From Candidatus Methanomethylicia archaeon (GTDB lineage: Archaea; Thermoproteota; Methanomethylicia; Nezhaarchaeales; B40-G2), in assembly GCA_029259155.1 (NCBI GenBank), contig JAPDJI010000020.1, forward strand, positions 32,001-96,000: a stretch of 64,000 nucleotides of DNA, given 5' to 3'. Made by a program: the position numbers and the translations under genes. Below, in pieces: positions 29,829 to 39,906 of the stretch (its first letter is position 1; the number at the start of each line of letters is the position of its first letter). The notes under the pieces are model-generated. The model was not told the DNA's origin. It ran no database searches and saw nothing but the letters and a program-made list of their open reading frames with translations.

Positions 29829-30671
29829 CTAATGTTTAACGCCCATCTTTTCTACGAGGGCCTCAACGTCCTCCTCCGCCTTCTCTCCATGAATAGGCTT
29901 GCCTTCAAGGCAGGCCTCGAAGATCTCAGGGTCATACCTGATGAAGCCAGCAACGTTAACGCCCCTATTCCCTAAGTCCTCCATCAGCTTCAAGGCCACA
30001 TTCTCCGAGGGAACCTTATTGAGGACAACGTAGATGTTCTTGATCCCCGCTTCTGCGGCAAGCCTACTCATCTCTTCAGTTATCCTTATCGACTCGAGGG
30101 AAGGCTCGGTAACGATCACCATGCTGTCTACGTTGGCTTCAACCCCTCTACCGAAATGTTCCAGCCCAGCCTCAGTGTCTACCAACACCACTTCATCGTC
30201 CTTTAAGCGCAGCTTGCCTAGAAACTCCCGGCTTAGAAAACCCATGGGGCAAGCACAGCCTTCCGAGAACCTGTTTATCTTACCTATGAGTAGCAGCTTT
30301 AAGCCGTCATCCTCCACGAGGTAAGGAGGAGAAAGCTCGCTTAGCGAGACCACATCTCGATCAAGGATGTTTACCGAAGACTTCCCTCTCGCTGCGAGGA
30401 AGGTCTTCGGAGACATCTTTCGTTTCAGGCCCTGTCTCCCGCCAGCGAGCTCCATCAAGGGTGTAGGAAGCTGTTTGAAGCCTAGCATCCAGTAGAGGCC
30501 CCTATTCGATTCATCAGCATCCACCACCAACACCTTTAGCCCCCTTTTCCTGAAAGCCTTCGCTAACAAAGCCGTGACCACGCTCTTGCCACAACCCCCC
30601 TTCCCAGACACTGCTATGCGGCCTAGCCTCACCGTTAAGCCCCCCATAGCTTCATAGAGTTTAACCTCCAT
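29829..30671 (-). CDS. CooC/AcsF-like nickel-insertion ATPase
   Basis: GKGGCGKS, GCACP, DTEAGLEHFGRG. Confidence 0.88.
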   Translation of the reverse strand: MEVKLYEAMGGLTVRLGRIAVSGKGGCGKSVVTALLAKAFRKRGLKVLVVDADESNRGLYWMLGFKQLPTPLMELAGGRQGLKRKMSPKTFLAARGKSSVNILDRDVVSLSELSPPYLVEDDGLKLLLIGKINRFSEGCACPMGFLSREFLGKLRLKDDEVVLVDTEAGLEHFGRGVEANVDSMVIVTEPSLESIRITEEMSRLAAEAGIKNIYVVLNKVPSENVALKLMEDLGNRGVNVAGFIRYDPEIFEACLEGKPIHGEKAEEDVEALVEKMGVKH

Positions 30672-30772
30672 TCCTTTAAAGCGTTACTTAACCATTACAG
30701 CGCATCACCACGGATCGAGGCAAAGTTCCATGGACAGCTTTAAATCCTCGTAGCTGCAAATAACCAGCGTAC

Positions 30773-32488
30773 ATGAAAATCGTCTTAGTAGACGGGTACA
30801 GCGATGAGCCTTCAGGTCTAGGTGTGCCGCCGTACCTAGACGTCTACGCTAGGTATGTGGCAGGCGCAGCGTGGGAACATGACCCCTATAGCGAGGTGTT
30901 TTACTTAACCATAGATCAGGTAAGGGAAAAGCCAGATCTCTACGTTAAGACTGCTTCCAAAGCCGACCTCCTAGTTTTCCTCGCTGGAGTATGTGTGCCA
31001 GGCAAGTACCTAGGCGGGGAGCCCATCAAGCTAGCGGAGCTAAGGAGGTATCCATTGATGGTTGAGGGGCCAGTCAAGGTGCTCGGAGGCCCAGCTGCCA
31101 AGTTCGGTATAGGGGTGGAGGGAGGGAGGGTGGCCAAGCTACCCAGTGAAGTAGCTAATAGTTTCGACTTAGTCGTTAACGGCGATATAGAAGTCGTGGT
31201 ATCAGATCTGCTCAGGGAGAGATTAAACGTAGAGGCCGTGGACCCCTCTAGGGCGAGAAGGAGCTTCAAGGAAGTAGAGGGTAAAGCTGTAAGAGGAGCT
31301 AAAGTAGTTAAACAGCATCCATGCTATGGACGAAACCTCATAGTTGAGCTGGAGACGTATCGAGGGTGTCCTAGATTCCTTGTAGGTGGATGCTCGTTTT
31401 GTATAGAGCCTCTTTACGGACCTCCTGATTTTAGGAAACCTGAAGACGTGGCAGCTGAGGTGGCAGCCCTATATTCGGAGGGCGTAGATAGGTTTAGGGT
31501 AGGTAGACAGCCTGATCTACTATGTTACATGGCCATAGGGGTAGGGGAACAAGAGTACCCTAAGCCTAACTTGAACGCCATAGAGAAGCTGTTCAGAGGT
31601 ATTAGAGCGTCAGCACCTCTCCTTGAAACTCTTCACATCGACAACGTGAACCCAGGAACCATAGCGCACCACCCTGAGGAGGCTGCTGAAGCGCTTAAAA
31701 TCGTGGTCAAGTACCATACGCCAGGCGACGTCGCCGCCATGGGCGTGGAGAGCGTGGACCCCAACGTGATGAAAGCTAACAACTTAAAGGTAGAGGCCGA
31801 GGAGGCATTGAGAGCTGTTGAGCTGGTCAACCGCATTGGTGCTCAGCGAGGCTACAACGGCCTCCCACACCTCTTACCGGGCATCAACTTCGTCTACGGC
31901 TTGATCGGCGAGACCAAGAAGACCTTTGAGTTGAACCTAGAGTTCATGAAGGAAGTCCTACGCAGAAACCTACTCGTCAGGAGGATAAACCTGCGTCAGG
32001 TCATGGCCTTCCCCGGGACGAAGATGTGGGATGTAGGGGACTCTATTATTAGGAGACATAAAGCCTTCTTCAAGGCCCATAAAACTAGGATGAGGTCGGA
32101 GGTCGATCAGCCCATGCTCATGAAACTCATGCCCCGCTGGACAATCTTGCGGGGCGCCTACACCGAGGCCTACGGTAAAGGTTTAACATACGCTAGACAA
32201 CCAGGCTCTTATCCCATACTGGTATGCTGCAGGTCTAAGCTTAACCTAGGGCTCTACTTGGACTTCGTGGTGGTCGATTATGGACATCGATCCGTGACCG
32301 CCGTCCCCTACCCCATAGACTTGAACACCGCGAATAGGAGACTCCTCGAAAGCATACCTGGCGTAGGTGAGCGTAGAGCCGCCAGGATCATGAATGCAAG
32401 GCCCTTCAGAAGGTTAGATGAAGTCTTTAAGGCTTTAGAAGACCGAGAGGTGGCCGAGAATTTGGTTAGGTATGCCACCCTATCTTAA
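30773..32488 (+). CDS. Radical SAM protein with C-terminal helix-hairpin-helix
   Basis: DGYSDEPSGLGVPPY, ETYRGC-x6-CSFC, DLNTA..IPGVGERRA. Confidence 0.88.
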   Translation: MKIVLVDGYSDEPSGLGVPPYLDVYARYVAGAAWEHDPYSEVFYLTIDQVREKPDLYVKTASKADLLVFLAGVCVPGKYLGGEPIKLAELRRYPLMVEGPVKVLGGPAAKFGIGVEGGRVAKLPSEVANSFDLVVNGDIEVVVSDLLRERLNVEAVDPSRARRSFKEVEGKAVRGAKVVKQHPCYGRNLIVELETYRGCPRFLVGGCSFCIEPLYGPPDFRKPEDVAAEVAALYSEGVDRFRVGRQPDLLCYMAIGVGEQEYPKPNLNAIEKLFRGIRASAPLLETLHIDNVNPGTIAHHPEEAAEALKIVVKYHTPGDVAAMGVESVDPNVMKANNLKVEAEEALRAVELVNRIGAQRGYNGLPHLLPGINFVYGLIGETKKTFELNLEFMKEVLRRNLLVRRINLRQVMAFPGTKMWDVGDSIIRRHKAFFKAHKTRMRSEVDQPMLMKLMPRWTILRGAYTEAYGKGLTYARQPGSYPILVCCRSKLNLGLYLDFVVVDYGHRSVTAVPYPIDLNTANRRLLESIPGVGERRAARIMNARPFRRLDEVFKALEDREVAENLVRYATLS

Positions 32489-32610
32489 ACCTAGTAGATG
32501 GACTCTATGAGGAAAAAGCGGCGCTAAGCCTCAGCGTGATCTTACGCTACCTATCGCGGCATACCGGGGCAGTAAAGGTTTAAAAAACTCTGCTAGAAAA
32601 CGGCGTTAAC

Positions 32611-33528
32611 ATGTCTGAGGAGACCTCCTGGCTCCACTTTACCGAGATGCAAACCCCGAACACTGCGGTATTGCATAAGGTGAAACGCGTAGTATACCGT
32701 GGGAGGACGAGGTTTCAGCAAGTCGACCTCGTGGAGACTTACGACTTCGGCTTATGCCTCATACTGGACGGTAAGCTGCAATCCTCGGTGATGGACGAAT
32801 GGATATATCACGAGGCCCTGGTCCATCCAGCAATGTTGACCCACCCTCACCCTAAAAGGGTAGTTATCATAGGGGGAGGGGAAGGGGCTACAGCCCGTGA
32901 AGTACTGAAGCATGACGCGGTCGAGGAGGTAGTCATGGTTGACTTAGACGAGGAGGTCGTAAACCTAGCCAGGAGGAAGCTTAGGGTTATGCATAGAGGA
33001 GCCTTCGATAACCCTAAGCTCAAGCTCCTCCACCAGGACGGCAGGAAATACCTTGAGGAAGAGGAGGACACCTTTGACGTGGCCATCATCGACATCACGG
33101 ACCCCCTGAGCGGAGGGCCCTCCTATCTCCTTTACACCAAGGAGTTCTACGATATCCTAGCCAGTAAGCTAAGTGAAGATGGTGTCATGGTGACTCAGGC
33201 CACCTCGACCTGCTATAGCCGCGAATGCTTCACTTCCATAGCCAAGACCATTGCTGCTACCTTCCCCATAGCAAGGCCTTACCGTGCCTGGATCCCCTCC
33301 TTCAGCTCGGAGTGGGGCTTCGTGCTAGGCTCCAAGCACCACGACCCCGTCAAGCTGAGCGCCAGGACAATCGCTCAGAGGCTTAGAAGCAGAGGAGTAA
33401 GGAACCTCAAGTTCTACACGCCTAGGCTACACCGCTACCTCTTCTCTCTGCCTAAGTTCCTGGAGAAAGCATTAAGGACGGAGGGCAGGGTCATCAGAGA
33501 CGGAGAGCCAGTTTTCATGCCGGCATAG
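32611..33528 (+). CDS. speE: Polyamine aminopropyltransferase (spermidine synthase)
   Basis: LILDGKLQS, YHEALVH, IIGGGEGAT, DITDP. Confidence 0.95.
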   Translation: MSEETSWLHFTEMQTPNTAVLHKVKRVVYRGRTRFQQVDLVETYDFGLCLILDGKLQSSVMDEWIYHEALVHPAMLTHPHPKRVVIIGGGEGATAREVLKHDAVEEVVMVDLDEEVVNLARRKLRVMHRGAFDNPKLKLLHQDGRKYLEEEEDTFDVAIIDITDPLSGGPSYLLYTKEFYDILASKLSEDGVMVTQATSTCYSRECFTSIAKTIAATFPIARPYRAWIPSFSSEWGFVLGSKHHDPVKLSARTIAQRLRSRGVRNLKFYTPRLHRYLFSLPKFLEKALRTEGRVIRDGEPVFMPA

Positions 33529-33567
33529 ACCATCAATCTTATAAAACTCATCCAACCAGTAAAGCCT

Positions 33568-33641
33568 GCCCCGGTAGCTCAGCTCGGTAGAGCGGCAGCC
33601 TCGTAAGCTGTTGGCCGCGGGTTCAAATCCCGCCCGGGGCT
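33568..33641 (+). tRNA. tRNA-Thr(CGT), no intron
   Basis: GCCCCGG acceptor; GCAGC-CTCGTAA-GCTGT anticodon arm. Confidence 0.96.
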
Positions 33642-33845
33642 CTTAAGTAACGTGAAGCCTTACATCATCAGGGCCAAATCAAATCCAGAGGCTTCCAGTC
33701 TTCTACACCAAGGTGAAAACCTTCGATTCCACTCGCTCAAAAATAGTTTAATAGGTTAAGCTGCTTCAATTCGTTGAAGCCTAAATAGCGAATACCCTGA
33801 GCGTAAGCTATTAACTTCACCTCTAAATAGAAGAGGCTGTTCCCC

Positions 33846-34862
33846 GTGGGGGAGGGTAGGATGCACCTAGTGGGAGGCATTCTCTGTGGAGGGTTAGGGA
33901 AAAGGCTTAGACCTTTGACCGATACTGTGCCCAAAGCCCTCATCGAGCTTAAGGATGGCTACACGGTGCTAGACCACCAGCTTTCCAAGCTTAAGTACGC
34001 GGGGATTAATAAGGTCTACTTGCTGGTAGGCCATCTCCACAATAAGATCGAGGAAAAGTATGGAAAAGAGTGGAAAGGAGTGAAGCTAGAGTACCTCGTC
34101 GAAGATAAGCCACGAGGAACCCTGTATGCGATAAATAACCTTCTCAGCTCCATGAATGCTGGTGAAGTTGCTGTGGTAATGAATGGAGACGTGGTTAGCG
34201 ACGTTAACCTAAAGGAAATGTTGATGAACTGGACGAAAGGCACCGTGTCCATGTTTATCACCCTTCTAACCTCTCCCTATGGGATAGTGGAGGCTGTCCA
34301 TGACGGAAAGATAGTGTCTTTCCGCGAGAAGCCTAAATTACCATATTACATTAACGGAGGCGTTTACATCATACCTAAGGAGCTCGAGGAACATTTCAGA
34401 ACCTACCAAGAAGGCGACGTGGAAAAACTAGTGTTCCCTAAGTTGGCTCGCATGGGTTTACTTCGAGGCTACAGAGAGGACGATGTGTTTTGGCAGTCCA
34501 TAGACTCCTTGAAGGACCTCGAGAACCTAAGGAGCGAGTATCGAAATCGCCACGATACACCGTGGGGCTACGAGAAAACCTTAGTATCCACTGAGGGATA
34601 CATGACGAAGACTGTATACATTATGAAGGGTTACACGACGCCGCTACACGTACATAAGGTTAAGGATGAGACCTTACACATAGTCAAGGGAGAAGGGATA
34701 GTCACCTTAAACGGAGAGAACCTATACGTGAAGAGCGAGGACGTAATCAGGATAAAGCCAGGCACTACTCACGCCGTAACCGCCCTCGAAAACCTGTTGA
34801 TGCATGAATACTCCACCCCTCATCCAGAAGATCTCTTAGAGCTCAATAACCCCTACGCTTAG
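33846..34862 (+). CDS. Sugar-phosphate nucleotidyltransferase with C-terminal cupin
   Basis: GGLGKRLRPLT..PKAL; PWGYE..HVHKVKDET cupin. Confidence 0.88.
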   Translation: MGEGRMHLVGGILCGGLGKRLRPLTDTVPKALIELKDGYTVLDHQLSKLKYAGINKVYLLVGHLHNKIEEKYGKEWKGVKLEYLVEDKPRGTLYAINNLLSSMNAGEVAVVMNGDVVSDVNLKEMLMNWTKGTVSMFITLLTSPYGIVEAVHDGKIVSFREKPKLPYYINGGVYIIPKELEEHFRTYQEGDVEKLVFPKLARMGLLRGYREDDVFWQSIDSLKDLENLRSEYRNRHDTPWGYEKTLVSTEGYMTKTVYIMKGYTTPLHVHKVKDETLHIVKGEGIVTLNGENLYVKSEDVIRIKPGTTHAVTALENLLMHEYSTPHPEDLLELNNPYA

Positions 34863-34940
34863 ATTGAGGCCTCAGCTTTTTTATTCTTTAGGCAGCTTGG
34901 ACGTAAAGGTTTAAACCCTGAGTGGTCACGGTGTTAGCGA

Positions 34941-35063
34941 GCGGGGGTTGCCGAGCCAGGTCAATGAGCTCAACGGCTCGGCTAAAGGCGCAGCCCTGAC
35001 CTAGAAAGGGGGTAAAGGCGGCTGTCCCGTAGGGGTTCGTGGGTTCAAATCCCACCCCCCGCA
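34941..35063 (+). tRNA. tRNA-Leu(GAG) with two introns (21/22: 34965-34985; 34/35: 34999-35015)
   Basis: GCGGGGG acceptor, long variable arm CCC-GTAG-GGG, A73; splicing gives GGTCAA|AGGCG and loop CTG|AGGC. Confidence 0.85.
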
Positions 35064-35087
35064 TGTGAGATTAAGGTGGTGGCTTAA

Positions 35088-35963
35088 GTGACGGTCAATA
35101 GAACCGCCTTAGGGCTTATTTCAGGAATAATCCGCATGATAAGAGCTCCAAATAGCGTCATGACAGGGCTGGCCGTGATAACAGGAATGCTGATAGCTTC
35201 TAAAGGAGCTTGGAGCCTAGAGCTTTTTAAACGGGCAGCGCTAGGCTTCACGACAGGGTTCATGCTATGCGCGGCAGCCATGGCCGTAAACGACTACTAT
35301 GACAGGGAGATAGACATGATAAATGAGCCTGAGAGGCCGATACCTAGCGGCCTTGTTAAGCCCAAGGAAGCAATAATAGTAGCAGCAATACTTAGTTTTC
35401 TAGGCTTGGTTTCTTCAGCTGCCATAAACATCGAGTGCTTAGCAGTAGCGGTCATAGCCTTAGCGGTAGCAATAGGGTATGCCACCGCTGGTAAAGCGAC
35501 GGGTGCTCCAGGCAATGTAATGGTTAGTTTCTGTGTATCCTTACCTTTCATCTACGGAGGCCTAACCTTAGAGGCCTTAGACGAGGCGTTATTTGTCTTC
35601 GCTTCAATAGCTTTCCTAGCTAACATGGGCAGAGAAGTGACAAAGGGGATAGTCGATGTGGTAGGAGACGCGGCTAGAGGAGTTAAGACCATAGCTGCCG
35701 TTTATGGACGCGTTAAAGCAGCGATATTATCAGCCATCTTTTACCTAGCAGCCGTAGCTTTAAGCATACTTCCATGGCTTATGAGGGTCGTAAGTATATA
35801 CTACTTACCCGCGGTGGCCGTCAGCGACCTCGGGTTCATCAAGGCTTCCTTCGAGCTACTCAGAGACCCTTCAAGAGACACGGCGAGAAGGGTAAAGAGA
35901 GAAGGGCTTTTATGGATGCTGATAGGCTTGATAGCCTTCATCATCGGCACCAATCTTCACTAA
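35088..35963 (+). CDS. Digeranylgeranylglyceryl phosphate synthase (UbiA family)
   Basis: NDYYDREID.IN.PERPIPSG; REVTKGIVDVVGD. Confidence 0.92.
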   Translation: MTVNRTALGLISGIIRMIRAPNSVMTGLAVITGMLIASKGAWSLELFKRAALGFTTGFMLCAAAMAVNDYYDREIDMINEPERPIPSGLVKPKEAIIVAAILSFLGLVSSAAINIECLAVAVIALAVAIGYATAGKATGAPGNVMVSFCVSLPFIYGGLTLEALDEALFVFASIAFLANMGREVTKGIVDVVGDAARGVKTIAAVYGRVKAAILSAIFYLAAVALSILPWLMRVVSIYYLPAVAVSDLGFIKASFELLRDPSRDTARRVKREGLLWMLIGLIAFIIGTNLH

Positions 35964-37148
35964 CCTAGCTATCGTGCTGAGCAAGTCGTTAATCATAGCA
36001 TCGGTCTTTAACCCCTTTGGATGAAAGTGCGTTCGATAAACCTGGAAACCCGACGAGCGAAGCTCTTCCATGATAGAGGTCATTGGAGGCTCCCTACTTC
36101 TTAAACGGTGGCTCAGGCTATCTACAGTGTAGTATAGTGGAGGAGCTTGGCTTTCCTCAACGATGGTTGAGAGCAGAGATGACTCACGTCTCTTATGCCT
36201 AAAGCCACTGGCTTCAACCTCCCTCAATACCTGGTCCACGAACATCCTGTCCTGTATAGGTCCACACCATAGAGGACCCCCTATGAGCAGGCGCGACCCA
36301 CATAGTGGACAACGTTCTTCAAGAGCAGTGGCGATGCCATGTTTAAGGAAACGATGCCCGCACCTAGGGCAATGCTCTACGTATCCAAGGTAACGAAAAC
36401 TGAACGTTGATTTCGAAGCGCCTACCTCTATAAGGACGCACACCCTGAAGTGGTGTTCAAGGCTATAGCTCAACAAGGGCTTGATAGCTAAATCGAGCTT
36501 GCCTGCCTCCCTACATATGAAGCCCATGATTAAGCGGACCGCCAGTTCATGACAGTACTCAGTCCTAAGCGATCGTCCACCATAACGTCTCTCAGCCACC
36601 CTAGGATAAACCCCGCAGAGCGGAGGAGCATCTGTAGCCGTCAACATCAATAACCCTCCGCTATTCAAAGCTCGCAAAGCCGCCTCCACGTAAGGCGCTG
36701 GAGAGCCGAAGGGGTCAAGGTCAACTACGTCGTACCTTGAGCCGGGCTTAGCCATAGTTGACAATAGCTGGTTGGCTTCAGCCTTCTCTACACGGACTAC
36801 TCCAGTTAAGCCGTTTAACTCCACGTTTCTCTCAGCTAGCTCCGCTGCGAGAGGGTTTACGTCACCGATAATCACCTCAGATACTCCTTCAACCTCCTTA
36901 GCATACCTTATACCTCTAACACCAGTAGCTGTCAATGGCTCTATTACCTTCAAGTCTCGTCCAACCATTTTATGGTAAGCCCTAAGACAACCAATAGCTA
37001 TGTCTCTGCTCACCTCCATCCTAGGGTTGTAGAATACCGGAGATGATGGAGGGGACACCGTGGAGGTAGAGGGCACCAAGAAAGAAGCTTCCCCTTCCAC
37101 GATCCTCCGTAGCTCTATCCCCTGAAAAACCAAGCTAGCCTTCCCCAC
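35910..37148 (-). CDS. trm1: tRNA (guanine(26)-N2)-dimethyltransferase
   Basis: VFYNPRM..SRD, ATGVRGIRY, DLDPFGSP, TATD, GPLW. Confidence 0.96.
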   Translation of the reverse strand: MGKASLVFQGIELRRIVEGEASFLVPSTSTVSPPSSPVFYNPRMEVSRDIAIGCLRAYHKMVGRDLKVIEPLTATGVRGIRYAKEVEGVSEVIIGDVNPLAAELAERNVELNGLTGVVRVEKAEANQLLSTMAKPGSRYDVVDLDPFGSPAPYVEAALRALNSGGLLMLTATDAPPLCGVYPRVAERRYGGRSLRTEYCHELAVRLIMGFICREAGKLDLAIKPLLSYSLEHHFRVCVLIEVGASKSTFSFRYLGYVEHCPRCGHRFLKHGIATALEERCPLCGSRLLIGGPLWCGPIQDRMFVDQVLREVEASGFRHKRRESSLLSTIVEESQAPPLYYTVDSLSHRLRSREPPMTSIMEELRSSGFQVYRTHFHPKGLKTDAMINDLLSTIARLVKIGADDEGYQAYQHP

Positions 37149-37740
37149 CCTTAAAAAGGAGAGCTACAGCATAAATTTCAGCGCTTGAGGACCTTGAAGC
37201 TCTAGGCCTCGTAAGCTTAACGGACTCGAACCTACCCTTAACTTCCTTGAAAGCTTCCTGGAAAGAGTAGCCTTGAAACATCTTCAACACCGCGCTCCCC
37301 CTAGGTTTAAGCACTTCATCGATCACCTTTAAGGCCGACTCTACTAAGGAGGCTTGCCTAGCCACGTCTAACTCCCATACACCTGACACTTTCGGTGAAA
37401 GGTCTGAGAGCACGACGTCGGCCTTTCTAGGTAAGGCTTCAAGAATAAGTTGAGGAGCACCCGGGCTGGTTACATCGAGTCTAAGTAGCTTGACATTACT
37501 CCAAGGGAACGGCTTAATGGGGTTAAGGTCAACCCCCAGCACAAACCCATCCTCCCCCACGTGCTCTCTAGCTACTTGAATCCATCCACCAGGAGCTGCT
37601 CCAAGATCAACCACCACGGCGCCTCTCCTAAAAATTCTAAAGCGATCAGCGAGCTCCTTGAGCTTGAAAGCAGCCCTTGAGCGATAACCCAATCTACGCG
37701 CAAGGAAGTAGAAGTGGTCTTTACGTCTCTTCTCCGTCAT
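37135..37740 (-). CDS. rlmE: 23S rRNA Um2552 methyltransferase RlmE/FtsJ
   Basis: GYRSRAAFKL, DLGAAPGGW, ASRSSSAEIY; start set to ATG 37740. Confidence 0.94.
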   Translation of the reverse strand: MTEKRRKDHFYFLARRLGYRSRAAFKLKELADRFRIFRRGAVVVDLGAAPGGWIQVAREHVGEDGFVLGVDLNPIKPFPWSNVKLLRLDVTSPGAPQLILEALPRKADVVLSDLSPKVSGVWELDVARQASLVESALKVIDEVLKPRGSAVLKMFQGYSFQEAFKEVKGRFESVKLTRPRASRSSSAEIYAVALLFKGGEG

Positions 37741-37744
37741 ATTT

Positions 37745-38170
37745 TCAAGCAGCTTCCTCGAGAGTAGATGCTTCAGCTTCAAGCCACTTCGTGAGCGCTG
37801 GGCACCTGCCAGGACTGATGGGCTGACCAGGGGCACAACGCTCAATGTCAGGACAGGAGAAACATGGACAACCTACAATGTCGTCGATGTTCACCTTAAA
37901 GGTTCGCTGCACCAACACAATCCTGTAGGTTTTACGTTTATTATAAACGACAGGCTCTCTCTTAACAAGGCCTTTACGCTCTAAGCGCAACGTTATCCTA
38001 GAGCCTTCACGGCTACTAACATTTAGAGCCTTCCATAGGTCACACTGTAGAGCCTCTCCTGCCTCCTTGACCATCTTGAGAGCCTTCTCCTCAATTTCAC
38101 TAAGCGAAGGCGTAGCAACACGCCCCCAGCCCTTGTATATTTCTCCCCACCCTTTACATATATTTCGCAT
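37745..38170 (-). CDS. wHTH transcriptional regulator with C-terminal Cys cluster
   Basis: LQCDLWKAL..SREGSRI..LERKGL + CPCFSC..C..C. Confidence 0.8.
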   Translation of the reverse strand: MRNICKGWGEIYKGWGRVATPSLSEIEEKALKMVKEAGEALQCDLWKALNVSSREGSRITLRLERKGLVKREPVVYNKRKTYRIVLVQRTFKVNIDDIVGCPCFSCPDIERCAPGQPISPGRCPALTKWLEAEASTLEEAA

Positions 38171-38302
38171 CTCTCTTATATATGGCTTTAATAAGCCAAT
38201 ACCCTTCTATAACCAACTTCATAGTTCTTCTCTAACCTTCAATTAAAACGTGTTTAAACAAGAATTCAGAATTAATAAATAATCAATAAAAAAAGTATGC
38301 GA

Positions 38303-39274
38303 TTATATCATCACTATGAAGTCGAGCTTCTTCAACAACTCTTGGTATCTATTTCTCACCGTGACCTCCGTAACGTTAGCGGAGGTGGCGACGTCCTTTT
38401 GAGTACATTTACATTGAAGAAGAGCGCTGGCTATGTAAACCGCCGCCGCCACGATCCCCATAGGGCCTCTACCGGACGTTAACCCTGCCTCAGCAGCCTT
38501 CTCCAGTATCCTCATGGCCTCTACCTGTACCTCGCTGGGTAGCTTGAGCCTTGATATTAGGCGGGGGACGTAGCTTATGGAGGTGGTGGGTACTACCTTA
38601 GCTGAGATGGCCCTAAGGAGGAAGCGATAACTTCTACCTACCTCTTTCTTCTTAACCTGCGAGACCCCCGCTATTTCGTCGAGGGTCCTAGGCAACTTGG
38701 CTTGGCGGCAAGCCATGTAGATGGCGGCGGCCACCATGCTTTCAATAGACCTACCTCTAATCAGCTTATTCTCCACCGCCTTCCTATATATTATCGCAGC
38801 TTCCTCCCTAACGTTCCTTGGCAAACCTAGCTGAGAAGCCATCCGCTCAAGCTCAGACAAGGCATGGGCCAGGTTTCTCTCAGAGGCGCTTGAAACCCTA
38901 ACTCTTTGCTGCCACTTCCTAAGCCTATAGACTTGAAGCCTCTTTGTTAAGGTTAAGCCTTTACCTGAGGCATCACGGCTAGTCCAGTCAATCACCGTGG
39001 AGAGGCCTTTATCGTGAATAGTGTGGGTTAAGGGGGCACCTATCCTAGCTCTCTTATCCTGTTGCTCTAAATCGAAGGCCCTCCACTCCGGCCCCATATC
39101 TATCATTTTTTCCCTAACTACAAGGCCACAGCATAGGCAAGTCATCTCAGCTCTATCGTAGTCTCGTACAAACCTTGTACCTCCACATTCGGGACATCTA
39201 ATGCTTACGCCTTCCACGCTTAATCCCTCCAGGTCGCTTAGCCCCCCTGGTCTCCTTAACGAAAAGCTCACCAT
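38303..39274 (-). CDS. tfb: Transcription initiation factor IIB (true start likely ~39217)
   Basis: CPECG zinc ribbon, GPEWRAF, HDKGLST, two cyclin repeats. Confidence 0.97.
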   Translation of the reverse strand: MVSFSLRRPGGLSDLEGLSVEGVSIRCPECGGTRFVRDYDRAEMTCLCCGLVVREKMIDMGPEWRAFDLEQQDKRARIGAPLTHTIHDKGLSTVIDWTSRDASGKGLTLTKRLQVYRLRKWQQRVRVSSASERNLAHALSELERMASQLGLPRNVREEAAIIYRKAVENKLIRGRSIESMVAAAIYMACRQAKLPRTLDEIAGVSQVKKKEVGRSYRFLLRAISAKVVPTTSISYVPRLISRLKLPSEVQVEAMRILEKAAEAGLTSGRGPMGIVAAAVYIASALLQCKCTQKDVATSANVTEVTVRNRYQELLKKLDFIVMI

Positions 39275-39476
39275 TATGAGGTAGCTTCACTGGGAGGGTC
39301 TTTATAACTATGTACGGCGACTTAGTGCTCCCTATGATGTCGTAGACCTCCCCAACCTCCACGCCTTCACGATTATAAACCTTGGAGCCGAGAGGTGGAA
39401 GCGTAGAAAGCATAGAAGGTTTGACTATAAGGGAGCCCAGCTTTGATGCATGTTGCACCTTGCCGAGTCTCCTCAA
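39198..39476 (-). CDS. gar1: H/ACA RNP protein Gar1
   Basis: [17 protein letters not shown]...PYI; conserved gar1-tfb linkage. Confidence 0.9.
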   Translation of the reverse strand: MRRLGKVQHASKLGSLIVKPSMLSTLPPLGSKVYNREGVEVGEVYDIIGSTKSPYIVIKTLPVKLPHNGELFVKETRGAKRPGGIKRGRRKH

Positions 39477-39612
39477 GAAATCATCCCCGGGGGGCGGGAA
39501 ATACCCCGCTCCAGAGAATATAAGTCTTTCTACATGCAGAAAGCTTAGATGGAAGGGAGAGGAGGTAAGGAGGGTTTGGAACCTTCCTTATAAGGTGTAA
39601 GGAGGGCTATAC

Positions 39613-39906
39613 GTGAAGGAAAAGGGATGGCAGTACATCTACCCAGCTTACTTGGACAGCTCTAGGTCGAGAAGCACGGGTAGAAGAGTGCCTAGAAGCT
39701 TAGCGGTGGAGAAACCTAGGCTCGAAGAGATAGTCGAGGCTGCGAGAAAACTTGGATTAGAGGTGAAGGCGAAAGAAAACGCAAAGTACCCTAGAGCTTG
39801 GTGGAGCGGAGAAGGCTGTGCGCTCGTAAAGAAACGCTGGCCTAAGGAGGAGCTGCTACGTAAGATAGCCTACAAGATACGAGAGGAGCGATCTAAGACT
39901 CGATGA
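39613..39906 (+). CDS. srp19: Signal recognition particle protein SRP19
   Basis: IYPAYLDS..SR..GRRVP..LAV; YPRAWW. Confidence 0.94.
   Translation: MKEKGWQYIYPAYLDSSRSRSTGRRVPRSLAVEKPRLEEIVEAARKLGLEVKAKENAKYPRAWWSGEGCALVKKRWPKEELLRKIAYKIREERSKTR

Noticed and set aside
32490-32575. Possible C/D sRNA (ATGAGGA..CTAA..GTGATC)
   Set aside because: Boxes too degenerate, no terminal D box or stem.
39484-39515. GC-rich hairpin upstream of gar1 as SRP RNA or H/ACA RNA
   Set aside because: Too short; lacks SRP helix-8, K-turn and ACA signatures.
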